Shown here: positions 40,404-49,873 of the stretch, piece after piece | How positions within the stretch are numbered: the stretch's first letter is position 1 | Layout: every line of letters begins with the position of its first letter | DNA from: an uncultured Flavobacteriales bacterium | Lineage (GTDB): Bacteria; Bacteroidota; Bacteroidia; UBA10329 | NCBI GenBank assembly: GCA_937900875.1 | Contig: CALCGD010000016.1 | Coordinates: 1 to 59,796, forward strand | Length of the DNA stretch: 59,796 nt | Reading direction: 5' to 3' | The notes under the pieces: model-generated | The model's database searches: none | The model's input: the letters and a program-made list of their open reading frames with translations, nothing else | What the model was told of the DNA's origin: nothing | Made by a program: the position numbers and the translations under genes

Positions 40404-43064
40404 TTAGTTGGTCATGTTAGGAATATTTCCCTTATCGAATGAACCGTAAAGGTCTTTTACTTCATCCTCTTTGAATTTCATTACCTGCTCTAGGGCAGCC
40501 GGCACAACATCTGAGCTCACCACAATCAAAGATCCAGGGGTAGCATTCTTAATGGCATAGGCAATTGCCTCCTCCTCCAATCGAATAACCTTTCTAGGTT
40601 TTTTCGGGTCTACAGAATTGATTCCATCCTCCAACAATCCGATTAATTCTTTCTCGCTCTTTCCGCGTAGGTTTCTATCCTGACGGATGATTATTTCGTC
40701 AAACATTTCGGCTGCGATTGCCCCAAGTTCTTTGGTGTCCTCGTCTCGTCTATCACCAACACCTGCTATAATACCCACCTTTGGCGAACCATCCATCTTT
40801 GCTATTAGTTTAGAGAGTGCTCGGAAACCAGCAGCATTGTGTGCGTAATCCAACAATATGTTGAAGTTTTTGAACTGGAAAAGGTTTAATCTCCCTGGTG
40901 TTTGAGATGGAGATGGAATGAATGATTCGAGTGCAACTTTGATATCCTCCACAGAAAATTCTCTCAAATAAGCAGTTAAAGTTGCGGGAAGTACGTTCTG
41001 AATCATGAAATCGGCCCTGCCGCCCATTGTCAAAGGCACATTCACAGCTTTAGTAATTCGAATCTTCCACTCACCTTTCATTACAGTGATGTAGCCGTTC
41101 TCATAAATGGCGGAAATTCCTCCATTGGCTGCATGCTTTTTAATTCGGGGACTGTTCTCATCCATCGAGAAAAGTGCCACATTACATTTCACATTTAAGC
41201 GCATTTCATACACGCGATCATCATCTGCGTTCAAAATCGCATGACCAGAAGGAAGCACAACCTCTGGAATAACTCCTTTTACTTTAGACAGTTGGTCAAG
41301 TGTGTGTATTCCCTTCAACCCAAGGTGATCAGCAGCCACATTAGTCACAATACCTATATCGCAACGCTTAAAACCAAGACCTGCCCGTAACAGCCCACCT
41401 CTCGCACATTCCAAAACTGCAAAGTTTACTGTCGGATCTTTGAGCACAAATTCGGCACTGGCCGGCCCTGTGCAATCTCCCTTCATGAGTAACCTATTCT
41501 GAATATAAACACCGTCTGTGGTGGTGTAGCCAACTTTAAGGCCTTTCAATCGCATCATGTGGGCAATCAACCTAGTAGTCGTGGTTTTTCCATTTGTGCC
41601 TGTTACAGCAACAATTGGAATACGAGATGTTGCTCCTTGCGGATAAAGCATGTCCATAACATGCGATGCGACATTTCTGCCCAATCCACTGCTAGGTGCC
41701 AAGTGCATTCTGAAACCAGGAGCTGCATTTACTTCGAGCACCGCTCCGCCAGTTTCATTCAACGGAATATCAATGGCCGAAGTCATTACATCTATACCAC
41801 AAATGTCTAATCCTATAATGCGGCTAATGCGCTCAGCCATAAAAACGTTGTACGGATGCACTATATCCGTTACGTCTTCGGCAGTGCCGCCCGTGCTCAA
41901 ATTCCCAGTGTCTTTGAGCTTGAGGTATTCATCTTTTGGAACTATTGTTTTGAGCGTATAATCTTTCGCCTTCAGAATAGCCAAAGTCATGTCGTTCACG
42001 GTGATTTCGGTAAGCACATTTTCGTGGCCATAACCTCTACGTGGGTCCTTATTTGTCTCGTCAATTAATTGCTGAATAGTGCTTTTTCCGTCACCGATTA
42101 TATGAGCGGGAGTTCGTTTTGCTGCTGCCACCAATTTGTGGTCAATCACCAATAATCGGTAATCATCTCCAGTAATGAATTTTTCTACAATTACTGAACG
42201 GCTAATCTCCTTTGCGGCTTCAAAAGCCACCACCGCATCTTCTTTTGTTTGGATGTCGGTTGTAATTCCTCGTCCGTGATTTCCATTAATCGGTTTCAGC
42301 ACCAACGGAAAACCAATTCTATCGATTGCCTCTTCCAATCCTGCCACACTTCGCACAATATCTCCTTTGGGAACTGGAACTTCTGCCGCTTCCAGCAAGA
42401 ATTTTGTGTCTTCTTTATCGCAGGCTATTTCGACTCCAATGCTCGAAGTATCGCTTGTTACCGTTGCCTGAATTCTTTTCTGATTTGCTCCATAGCCCAA
42501 TTGGCAAAGCGAATATTTGTTTAAACGTATCCACGGAATACCACGACTTTGGGCTTCCTCGACAATTGAACCGGTGCTTGGTCCAAGTCGCTCGCCCTCG
42601 CGCAATTCTCGCATTTCACGAATGTCTTTTTCTAAATCATATTCTTCTCCAGCAACAAGAGCTTCAGCAATACTCACAGCAGATTTGGCTGCATATCGGC
42701 CAACCTTTTCTTCCATGTAGCTAAACACCACGAAATAAACCCCGTCTTCACCATATGTTCGTGTTCGGCCAAAGCCAGTATCCATACCCGCTAGGGTTTG
42801 AATTTCCAATGCAATGTGCTCAATCACATGACCCATCCAAGTGCCTTCTTTCACTCTCATAAAAAATCCGCCCTCCACACTTTCTGAACAACGATGTGAG
42901 AACATGGTAGGAAACATGGCTTCCAACCTTTCTGCAAACCCTGGAATCTTGTCCGTTGGTTGTTGTTCCAATTCTTCAAGATCCAAGACCATTACAATCA
43001 ATTTATCCCTATTCACAGACCAATAATTTGGTCCTCGCATTGCATTGATCTCTCTAATTCTCAT
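40404..43064 (-). CDS. cphA: Cyanophycin synthetase (CphA1)
   Basis: RGPNYWS N-domain, LGPST, ATP-grasp domain (KPINGNHGRG, NLSTGG, EVNAAPG), Mur-ligase domain (VTGTNGKTTT, DYAHN). 886 aa. Confidence 0.96.
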   Translation of the reverse strand: MRIREINAMRGPNYWSVNRDKLIVMVLDLEELEQQPTDKIPGFAERLEAMFPTMFSHRCSESVEGGFFMRVKEGTWMGHVIEHIALEIQTLAGMDTGFGRTRTYGEDGVYFVVFSYMEEKVGRYAAKSAVSIAEALVAGEEYDLEKDIREMRELREGERLGPSTGSIVEEAQSRGIPWIRLNKYSLCQLGYGANQKRIQATVTSDTSSIGVEIACDKEDTKFLLEAAEVPVPKGDIVRSVAGLEEAIDRIGFPLVLKPINGNHGRGITTDIQTKEDAVVAFEAAKEISRSVIVEKFITGDDYRLLVIDHKLVAAAKRTPAHIIGDGKSTIQQLIDETNKDPRRGYGHENVLTEITVNDMTLAILKAKDYTLKTIVPKDEYLKLKDTGNLSTGGTAEDVTDIVHPYNVFMAERISRIIGLDICGIDVMTSAIDIPLNETGGAVLEVNAAPGFRMHLAPSSGLGRNVASHVMDMLYPQGATSRIPIVAVTGTNGKTTTTRLIAHMMRLKGLKVGYTTTDGVYIQNRLLMKGDCTGPASAEFVLKDPTVNFAVLECARGGLLRAGLGFKRCDIGIVTNVAADHLGLKGIHTLDQLSKVKGVIPEVVLPSGHAILNADDDRVYEMRLNVKCNVALFSMDENSPRIKKHAANGGISAIYENGYITVMKGEWKIRITKAVNVPLTMGGRADFMIQNVLPATLTAYLREFSVEDIKVALESFIPSPSQTPGRLNLFQFKNFNILLDYAHNAAGFRALSKLIAKMDGSPKVGIIAGVGDRRDEDTKELGAIAAEMFDEIIIRQDRNLRGKSEKELIGLLEDGINSVDPKKPRKVIRLEEEAIAYAIKNATPGSLIVVSSDVVPAALEQVMKFKEDEVKDLYGSFDKGNIPNMTN

Positions 43065-43163
43065 TTGGTGTTGTTCAAATTCTTTGGGTAATTAACAAAA
43101 AAGAAGGGTCGATTGGACGATTTAAATGAGGAATATTGAAGTCTTGAAATTTCAACGACCAAA

Positions 43164-44027
43164 ATGAGCAGTCATTCGAAGCCAAGGGGGGTTCTCATTC
43201 CAATAGGAGGAGGAGAAGATAGGGGGGAAGAAACGACACCGCGCTTGCCATATGAGCAAAAAGGTGTGCTCAAACACGTGCTGGACAAAGCCAAAGGTTC
43301 CAATTCAAAAGTGGTGTTGGTTACCTCCGCTTCTAGCGTTCCTGATGAAGTCTGTGCCACTTATAAATTCGGTTTCAATCGTCTTGGATGCATAAGCCTC
43401 ATTCACTATCACATCACCGAGAAGGAAGAATGCAATCAAGAGACCTTACTTAAAGATTTTGCAGAAGCCGATGTGGTGATGTTTAGTGGTGGAAATCAGG
43501 CCAAAATCCCAAAACGTATTCGAGAAACCAAGTTACACGACTTGCTTAAGGAGCGCTATTGGAACGAACCATTGGTAATTGCTGGGACGAGCGCGGGCGC
43601 CATGGCTATGTCAGAATTTATGGTGGCTGGCGGTAGCGCTTCAGAAGCGTTTTATAAAGGAGCGGTGAAGATGAAAACAGGCCTGGGGTTCATTCCTGAA
43701 TTGATCATAGACACACATTTTGTACGCAGGGGACGATTTGGAAGATTGGCTGAAGCGGTAGCGGTTCATCCTCAATGTGTAGGTATTGGTTTAGCTGAAG
43801 ACACGGGCGTGATTATCGAAGACGGAGACCATTTCACGGTAATTGGTTCGGGAATGGCGATAGTGATGGATCCGCGCGGGATAACCCACAATAATCATTC
43901 AGTTTTAAAAAACGGAACACTGATGTCAATGACCAATCTCACCACCCATCTTCTATCAAATGGTGATAAATTCCGATTATCTGACCACAGCACTAAGGTG
44001 CTGCCAATGGGACAATCGTTTATCTAA
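43164..44027 (+). CDS. cphB: Cyanophycinase (peptidase S51)
   Basis: IGGGED, SGGNQ, GTSAGA (nucleophile Ser), IDTHF, RGRFGRL, GLAEDT. Divergent from cphA. Confidence 0.92.
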   Translation: MSSHSKPRGVLIPIGGGEDRGEETTPRLPYEQKGVLKHVLDKAKGSNSKVVLVTSASSVPDEVCATYKFGFNRLGCISLIHYHITEKEECNQETLLKDFAEADVVMFSGGNQAKIPKRIRETKLHDLLKERYWNEPLVIAGTSAGAMAMSEFMVAGGSASEAFYKGAVKMKTGLGFIPELIIDTHFVRRGRFGRLAEAVAVHPQCVGIGLAEDTGVIIEDGDHFTVIGSGMAIVMDPRGITHNNHSVLKNGTLMSMTNLTTHLLSNGDKFRLSDHSTKVLPMGQSFI

Positions 44028-44034
44028 AACGGAG

Positions 44035-44964
44035 TTACTTGTATATGGCGAGGTTTATCTCTTCGCCTTCTTTCACAAAGCCGCGATACATCCCAGCCGT
44101 GTTAAATTCCATGCTCAGGTTTCCTTTCTGATCGACTGCAATAAGACCGCCATCACCGCCAATTTCTAGAATTCGCTTCTGAATGACTTCAGAACAAGCT
44201 TCTGCCAAGCTCAAACCTTTGAATTCCATCAAAGCCGAAACTTCATAGGCGACCACACCGCGAAGGAAGAATTCGCCACTTCCTGTGCATGAAACGGCAC
44301 AAGTGCTGTTGTTTGCGTAGGTTCCTGCACCAATAATTGGAGAATCTCCCACTCGTCCATATTTCTTATTGGTCATCCCGCCAGTTGAAGTGGCTGCCGC
44401 CAAGTTTCCGTCTTTATCAAGCGCCACAGCGCCAACCGTACCAAACTTCCTGTCTGGATTGAGGTTATGATCCAGTGCTACTTGGTCTGTTCCTCGAACA
44501 GAAAGCCACTGCTTTCGTCTCCATTCTTCGTCAAAATAGGAAGCTGGTTCAAAGTCTACATTCATCTCTTTCCCGAACTCTTCAGCGCCTACACCAGCCA
44601 ACAAAACGTGCTCCGATTTCTCCATTACTAATCGTGATAAAGAAACAGGGTTTTTTACGCCCGTAATGCCGCAAACTGCCCCAGCCATACGGTCCTTTCC
44701 GCTCATTATAGAAGCGTCCATTTCATGCGTTCCATTGGCCGTAAAAACCGAACCTTTTCCAGCATTAAAAAGCGGACTGTCTTCCATCGATTTTACAGCC
44801 ATTTCTACAGCATCTAATGCAGTGCCACCATTAGAGAGAATCATGTTTCCTTCTTCCAAAGCAACTTTAAGAGCAGCCAAATAGGCTACTTCTTTCTCTG
44901 CGCTCATTTCGCTTTTTATCAGCGTTCCTGCTCCACCATGAATGACCAATGTTGTCTTGTACAT
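44035..44964 (-). CDS. iaaA: Isoaspartyl peptidase / L-asparaginase (Ntn hydrolase)
   Basis: IHGGAG, FNAGKG, EMDAS, GTVGAVA (autocleavage Thr), TSTGG, RVGDSP. ATG at 44964. Confidence 0.92.
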   Translation of the reverse strand: MYKTTLVIHGGAGTLIKSEMSAEKEVAYLAALKVALEEGNMILSNGGTALDAVEMAVKSMEDSPLFNAGKGSVFTANGTHEMDASIMSGKDRMAGAVCGITGVKNPVSLSRLVMEKSEHVLLAGVGAEEFGKEMNVDFEPASYFDEEWRRKQWLSVRGTDQVALDHNLNPDRKFGTVGAVALDKDGNLAAATSTGGMTNKKYGRVGDSPIIGAGTYANNSTCAVSCTGSGEFFLRGVVAYEVSALMEFKGLSLAEACSEVIQKRILEIGGDGGLIAVDQKGNLSMEFNTAGMYRGFVKEGEEINLAIYK

Positions 44965-44981
44965 TTCTCTAGAATTTGAGG

Positions 44982-44989
44982 CAAAGATA
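44982..44989 (-). promoter_or_regulatory. -7 box (TATCTTTG, minus strand) for iaaA
   Basis: Reverse complement of CAAAGATA, 17 nt upstream of the ATG. Confidence 0.55.
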
Positions 44990-45029
44990 ACGTGCTTTGA
45001 AGGTTGGTTAGGCTTGCTAACTTCGCCTG

Positions 45030-45821
45030 ATGATTGAGCAAGCAATAAAAGGAGCGTACGAAGGAGGATTAGAAATTCTCAAGGTCTATGGAACGGAGTT
45101 TACCGTTGATGTGAAGGCCGATAAAAGTCCTTTGACCGAAGCCGACAGAAGAGCACACAACAAAATCATGGAATTGTTGGAAGGAACTGGAATTCCAATC
45201 TTAAGTGAAGAGGGAAAACATCTTCCTTTTGAAGAACGAAAAGCTTGGAATGAATTCTGGTTAGTTGACCCTTTAGATGGCACCAAAGAATTTGTAAAAC
45301 GTAATGGTGAATTCACAGTAAACATTGCGCTTATAAGAAATGGCGTTCCTGTTTCAGGAGTCATTTACGTGCCCGTTAAGGACGAAATGTATCTGGGAAT
45401 TGAAGGAAAAGGTGCTTTCAAAATTGACAACTACTCAGCAGTTCATGTTTCACATTCTGACTTAGCCGACTTGCTTTCTAAAGGAGATAAACTTCCCAAA
45501 GAAGGCGATAAAACGAAGTTTAAAATGGTTGGAAGTCGCTCGCATATGAGTGATGAAACACTTGAATATTTCGAAAAAATGAAGCAACAACATGGTGATG
45601 TGGAGGTGGTTTCGATGGGGAGTTCTCTGAAACTTTGCCTGGTTGCCGAAGGTGTTGCAGACGTTTATCCGCGCTTTGCGCCAACCATGGAATGGGACAC
45701 GGGTGCTGGCGATGCCATTGCGCGAAATGCAGGATGCGTTGTCACTGAAAAAGATGAGGTAACTCCCCTACTATACAACAAGGAGAATCTGCTTAACCCC
45801 TGGTTTATTGTTAAGCGTTAG
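45030..45821 (+). CDS. cysQ: 3'(2'),5'-bisphosphate nucleotidase
   Basis: SPLTEAD, LSEE, WLVDPLDGTKEF, GSSLK, PTMEWDT. Confidence 0.95.
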   Translation: MIEQAIKGAYEGGLEILKVYGTEFTVDVKADKSPLTEADRRAHNKIMELLEGTGIPILSEEGKHLPFEERKAWNEFWLVDPLDGTKEFVKRNGEFTVNIALIRNGVPVSGVIYVPVKDEMYLGIEGKGAFKIDNYSAVHVSHSDLADLLSKGDKLPKEGDKTKFKMVGSRSHMSDETLEYFEKMKQQHGDVEVVSMGSSLKLCLVAEGVADVYPRFAPTMEWDTGAGDAIARNAGCVVTEKDEVTPLLYNKENLLNPWFIVKR

Positions 45822-46411
45822 GTGGTCCAGACCAGCATAGCATTTTCCAACTTTTTCCAACCCAAATTAAGGTCGGTTTTTACCTCCTGATAAACGAAAC
45901 TGCTAGGCAGAAATTCGGGTTCGATAGCGTGCACGGTAATTGAGTCGCGGAAATCTAAACTTGGCTTTGCATTAAACTTATAGATGGCTTCTTTGGCCGC
46001 CCAGAATAGCGTTGTGGTTTCTATGTCTTGCGCTATTTTTTGTTCGTTTTCATCCAAAAATCGGTCGCGGACTTTTAGCACATTGGGTTTGTAATGTTGC
46101 ACATCTACACCCAACTTTCCTGTACCCAAAAGGATGGCTGCGTACCCTTCTGTATGCGAAATGGAAAGATTTAGTGTATGGTTTGTCAAAAGCGGTTTTC
46201 CGTTTGGGTCTTTCGTCACTTCCGGCAACTCACCTAGCATTTCTGCCAGCAATAACCGAGACGCATAACGTTGTAGTTGTGTGCGTGGATGCTTAACCGA
46301 AAGTTGCTCTGCTAGTGCAGGGAATTCCGATTCAAACCGAGTTTCTGTACCGTCAATTTTCCAAAGACCGAGACGGTTTTCACCAACAATTATGTCTTCA
46401 ACAAGTGGCAC
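45818..46411 (-). CDS. 4'-phosphopantetheinyl transferase superfamily protein
   Basis: GKP, SISHT, GVDVQ, WAAKEAIYK. Confidence 0.85.
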   Translation of the reverse strand: MPLVEDIIVGENRLGLWKIDGTETRFESEFPALAEQLSVKHPRTQLQRYASRLLLAEMLGELPEVTKDPNGKPLLTNHTLNLSISHTEGYAAILLGTGKLGVDVQHYKPNVLKVRDRFLDENEQKIAQDIETTTLFWAAKEAIYKFNAKPSLDFRDSITVHAIEPEFLPSSFVYQEVKTDLNLGWKKLENAMLVWTT

Positions 46412-47319
46412 TATTTGTATTTAGCGAGATGTGCTGCAATTGGATTATAGCAATCCTCAAATGCCTCTTGCATCAACCAATGGCCTGCGTCCAAATCAAC
46501 TCGTTCGTAAGGGCCTTTCATGTACTGCGCGGTTCCATCAATTCCAACAGGACCAATAGCAATGTCTTTCTTTCCCCAAAGAAGCAATGTTGGGGTTTTC
46601 ACCAACGCATATTCGTCCCCTCCCTTCCCTTTTTTTAGTGTCTTGTAATTAGCACGATAATATCCCAACGAAGCCTTTAATGCAGGTTTATTGCCGATTA
46701 CATCTAAGTAGTCTTGAAGCTCCTCTGGTGAACTTTTCTTCCATGTTTTTCGCAAATTCAATCGGTCTTTCTTCAGTAAGAACCATTCTGGAATGCCGCG
46801 CCATTGAAAGAACGCCATGTATTGGCTCATCTTCTTTTGCTTTTTATCAAACCGCAGCGCATCGCTAAAAGCCTTAATGTGCGGAACACTCATAGCCGTC
46901 CAACTTTTGACCCTATCAGGATAAAAAGCTACCACTGCCCAACCAATGGCCGAACCCCAATCGTGGCCAATTAGTTGGAAGTTTTTGACACCAAATGCAT
47001 CGGCAATTCCGATAACATCACTCGCCAAAGCCCCGATTTCATAATCCTTCACTTTCTCTGGCCTAGCCTTCGGACTAAAACCGCGCTGATCTGGCGCAAT
47101 GCAGTAATAACCTTCCGAGGAAAGTTTCTCCATCAATTTGGTCCACATATGAGATGTTTCTGGCCAACCATGAAGTAGAATTACCGGTTCATCAGCAGGA
47201 TTTCCAGCTACCCGACACTTGAAAGTGAGGCCGTTAACTTCCTTGTTTACAATATCAATAGTTGCCATCGCGTTCAAAATTATGGTCGTAAAGACCAGTG
47301 ACATAAAAAGTCGTTTCAT
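46411..47319 (-). CDS. Alpha/beta hydrolase, epoxide hydrolase/dehalogenase type
   Basis: LLHGWP oxyanion loop, PDQRG, GHDWG (Asp nucleophile), AGHWL. Confidence 0.88.
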   Translation of the reverse strand: MKRLFMSLVFTTIILNAMATIDIVNKEVNGLTFKCRVAGNPADEPVILLHGWPETSHMWTKLMEKLSSEGYYCIAPDQRGFSPKARPEKVKDYEIGALASDVIGIADAFGVKNFQLIGHDWGSAIGWAVVAFYPDRVKSWTAMSVPHIKAFSDALRFDKKQKKMSQYMAFFQWRGIPEWFLLKKDRLNLRKTWKKSSPEELQDYLDVIGNKPALKASLGYYRANYKTLKKGKGGDEYALVKTPTLLLWGKKDIAIGPVGIDGTAQYMKGPYERVDLDAGHWLMQEAFEDCYNPIAAHLAKYK

Positions 47320-47347
47320 TCATACAATACTACTCTTTTTCAACTCC

Positions 47348-47917
47348 ATGAAAGCACTCTTTACGCTCATCTTTTGTTCCCTAATTCTCTCTGTCTCTTC
47401 TCAGAACTTAGCGCTTTCCAATGCCGCTATTAAACTTACGGAACAGCAAGTAACCTACGACCCGAGTTACTTCAAAATTGATTACCCGAATGGGGATGTT
47501 CCAAGTGGAAAAGGCGTTTGTACCGATGTGGTCATTCGGGCTTATCGAAAGCTTGGAATAGACCTACAAAAACTGGTGCATGAAGACATGAAAGCCAACT
47601 TCAGTATCTATCCCAAAAACTGGGGATTGAAATCTACCGACAGGAACATTGACCACCGAAGAGTGCCAAACCTCATGAGGTTTTTTGAACGCCACGGAAC
47701 GGTTTTACCCAAGTCGCAGAACGCTGATGATTACCAGGCTGGCGATATTGTGACGTGGAATTTAGGCGGAGGAATTACGCACATTGGAATTGTGGTCAAC
47801 AAAACTTCGCTTTTGGGAAATCGGCCTTTAATTGTACACAACATTGGCGCTGGACAGGTGCTGGAAGATTGTCTTTTCAGATATACAATAACGGGGCACT
47901 ACCGTTACTCTAAATAG
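47348..47917 (+). CDS. DUF1287 (YijF-like) secreted protein
   Basis: Signal peptide, YDPSY...YPNGDVP, GVCTDVVIRAYR, IDHRRVPNL, HIGIV, HNIG. ATG at 47348. Confidence 0.85.
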   Translation: MKALFTLIFCSLILSVSSQNLALSNAAIKLTEQQVTYDPSYFKIDYPNGDVPSGKGVCTDVVIRAYRKLGIDLQKLVHEDMKANFSIYPKNWGLKSTDRNIDHRRVPNLMRFFERHGTVLPKSQNADDYQAGDIVTWNLGGGITHIGIVVNKTSLLGNRPLIVHNIGAGQVLEDCLFRYTITGHYRYSK

Positions 47918-47919
47918 CT

Positions 47920-48081
47920 TTAGGCGCAGCCTTTTAGCGGGCAAGAACCACAGCGTTTTCCTTTACGCTTATACTTCTCGCAGCAAATCTTCTTTTTCTT
48001 CTTCTTGAATTCGAAGACAGGAAAAGTAGAAAGCAATTGGGGCTCTCGAATTTCTTTAGCTGGTTGTGGGGTGACTTGCAC
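47920..48081 (-). CDS. Small Lys/Cys-rich protein, 53 aa, not in the ORF track
   Basis: GTG start. Translation: MQVTPQPAKEIREPQLLSTFPVFEFKKKKKKICCEKYKRKGKRCGSCPLKGCA. Fits the intergenic gap without overlap. Confidence 0.6.
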   Translation of the reverse strand: MQVTPQPAKEIREPQLLSTFPVFEFKKKKKKICCEKYKRKGKRCGSCPLKGCA

Positions 48082-48149
48082 GTTTCAAATATCCTACAAC
48101 TCTGTTCTGCAGGCAATACCCTATTTGGGCTATTCGTCATATTTGTAGC

Positions 48150-48668
48150 ATGAAGCATGCGGATATATTTCTTGAAACCGAACGACTGGCTCTTAGAAAG
48201 CTGAAACTGGAAGATCTCGACCTGTTTGTGGATTTGGACAGCGACCCTGAAGTGATGCGATATCTGACAGGAGGAAAGCCGCAATCGCGCGAGCATTACG
48301 AGAAACGTATTCCGGAATTATTGAAATATATATCCGAAAACCCAGGTCTTGGGCTTTGGCCTACATACCTGAAGGAAACCAATGAGTTTATTGGCTGGTA
48401 CATTCTAAAGCATTTGCCAGATGGTGGAGAGGTGGAAATTGGCTTCCGTATCAAGAAAAAGTTTTGGGGTAAAGGTTACTCTACAGAAGCTGGCTTAGCA
48501 TTGCTAAAACACGGCTTTGAAACCGTTGGCCTAAATAGAATTGCAGCTATCGTTCGTCCAGACAATTTGGCCTCTCAAGCAGTCATCAAAAAGATTGGGT
48601 TAAAGGAAGAAGGAACAGGCACTTTCTACGGAATTCATTGCCTGTATTTTGGGTTGAAGAAAGCCTAA
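48150..48668 (+). CDS. GNAT N-acetyltransferase (RimJ/RimL family)
   Basis: LETERLALR, EVEIGF, WGKGYSTEA, NLASQAVIKKIG. Confidence 0.9.
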   Translation: MKHADIFLETERLALRKLKLEDLDLFVDLDSDPEVMRYLTGGKPQSREHYEKRIPELLKYISENPGLGLWPTYLKETNEFIGWYILKHLPDGGEVEIGFRIKKKFWGKGYSTEAGLALLKHGFETVGLNRIAAIVRPDNLASQAVIKKIGLKEEGTGTFYGIHCLYFGLKKA

Positions 48669-49714
48669 ACCAACTTCTCCTCAGGCAATCTTGCCAACCT
48701 TGTTTTCAAGAAGGCAATAACCTCTTCTTCAGTCTGAAGTGAGTCGTCCAGCCGCACAAAACATTTTGCAAGCGCTTTGTAGTTATGCGTCATGGCAAAA
48801 AACCAAACAATGAAGAAGTCAATCCCTTCAAAAACAATGGCTTTTTCGCGTTTGTAATCTTCTAGGTTATCACGGAATTCCTGCGCCATATCGGTGTAAT
48901 GCATGGCTGGTTTGATATGATGGATAATGTGATAGCCATCGTTGAAACACTTCTTGTTGTACGCAACTTCAATGCACGTAATGCTGTTTCGGTAGCAGTT
49001 TGCAGGAGCATCGGCATCCACAAAAGCATGTTGCCCCCAATTGCCAGCCATCATTGCAAAACGGGTGAAAAAGAATGGGATGATGAAAACCGCAAGCGTT
49101 GCTTGCCAATTCACAAAGCTCATGGCAATGACAAATGCGTACCAACTCAGCTCACCCACAACCGTATTCTTCCGCAGTTTGAAGCGCTTTTTACGCGTGA
49201 AATAATTGGTCAAATCAACCATCCCAAGGGTGATAAACCGTAGGAAATATTTCATAAAATCTCCGAGGCTGTCTCGCTGATATTCGATGGTGCTACTCAG
49301 GTCTTCACGCAAGTTGTTTTCTGGGTGGTGCATGCCCATATGATGTCCGAAATAGGTTTCAGGAGTTTCGCCAAAAAACGGACCTAAAAACCAAGGAATA
49401 ATCTTGTTCATCCAATCATATTCGCGTTTGAAAAGCGGTCGGTGACTGGTACAATGCAACATCAAAATGTAAGGTGGCGTGAAAAAAGCCCAATTGAGAC
49501 CAAGATAAATGGCAGCAACCCACCAACGGAATTGCCCAGGAATATAGAGGAACACCGCAATTGGGATAATCACCAAAAACGTTTTTAGAATTTGATGAAT
49601 GAACACGATATCGCGCTCATCACGAATAAAACGCTGTATAAACTGCGTAAAAACAGAACTAGGTCTGTTTTTGTAAACAGGGTCGGTAAACGGTATTTCG
49701 GCTACGTGTCGCAT
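48665..49714 (-). CDS. Membrane fatty acid desaturase family protein
   Basis: Three His boxes (HCTSH, HHMGMHH, HIIHH) with TM segments. Confidence 0.85.
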   Translation of the reverse strand: MRHVAEIPFTDPVYKNRPSSVFTQFIQRFIRDERDIVFIHQILKTFLVIIPIAVFLYIPGQFRWWVAAIYLGLNWAFFTPPYILMLHCTSHRPLFKREYDWMNKIIPWFLGPFFGETPETYFGHHMGMHHPENNLREDLSSTIEYQRDSLGDFMKYFLRFITLGMVDLTNYFTRKKRFKLRKNTVVGELSWYAFVIAMSFVNWQATLAVFIIPFFFTRFAMMAGNWGQHAFVDADAPANCYRNSITCIEVAYNKKCFNDGYHIIHHIKPAMHYTDMAQEFRDNLEDYKREKAIVFEGIDFFIVWFFAMTHNYKALAKCFVRLDDSLQTEEEVIAFLKTRLARLPEEKLV

Positions 49715-49820
49715 TTTGGGTTGGCGAAATTAAGGAAATGCAATCGTCAGGTTTGATGACACTACTCAGTTCGGTCTTTATTCAGACACAAACTGCATTG
49801 GATTGACTACGTGATTTTCT

Positions 49821-49828
49821 TAGCTTCG
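49821..49828 (+). promoter_or_regulatory. -7-like box (TAGCTTCG) for the MMPL operon
   Basis: One mismatch to TAnnTTTG. A divergent TAATTTCG box at 49725-49732 may serve the desaturase. Confidence 0.4.
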
Positions 49829-49873
49829 CACCCCGTTTTTAACCAAGCAAATAGCTGATTTTCAGCAACAATC

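Noticed and set aside
47934-48296. 120-aa minus-strand ORF from the track
   Set aside because: It overlaps the GNAT gene antisense and has no recognisable motif. A different frame gives the more convincing 53-aa Cys-rich ORF.
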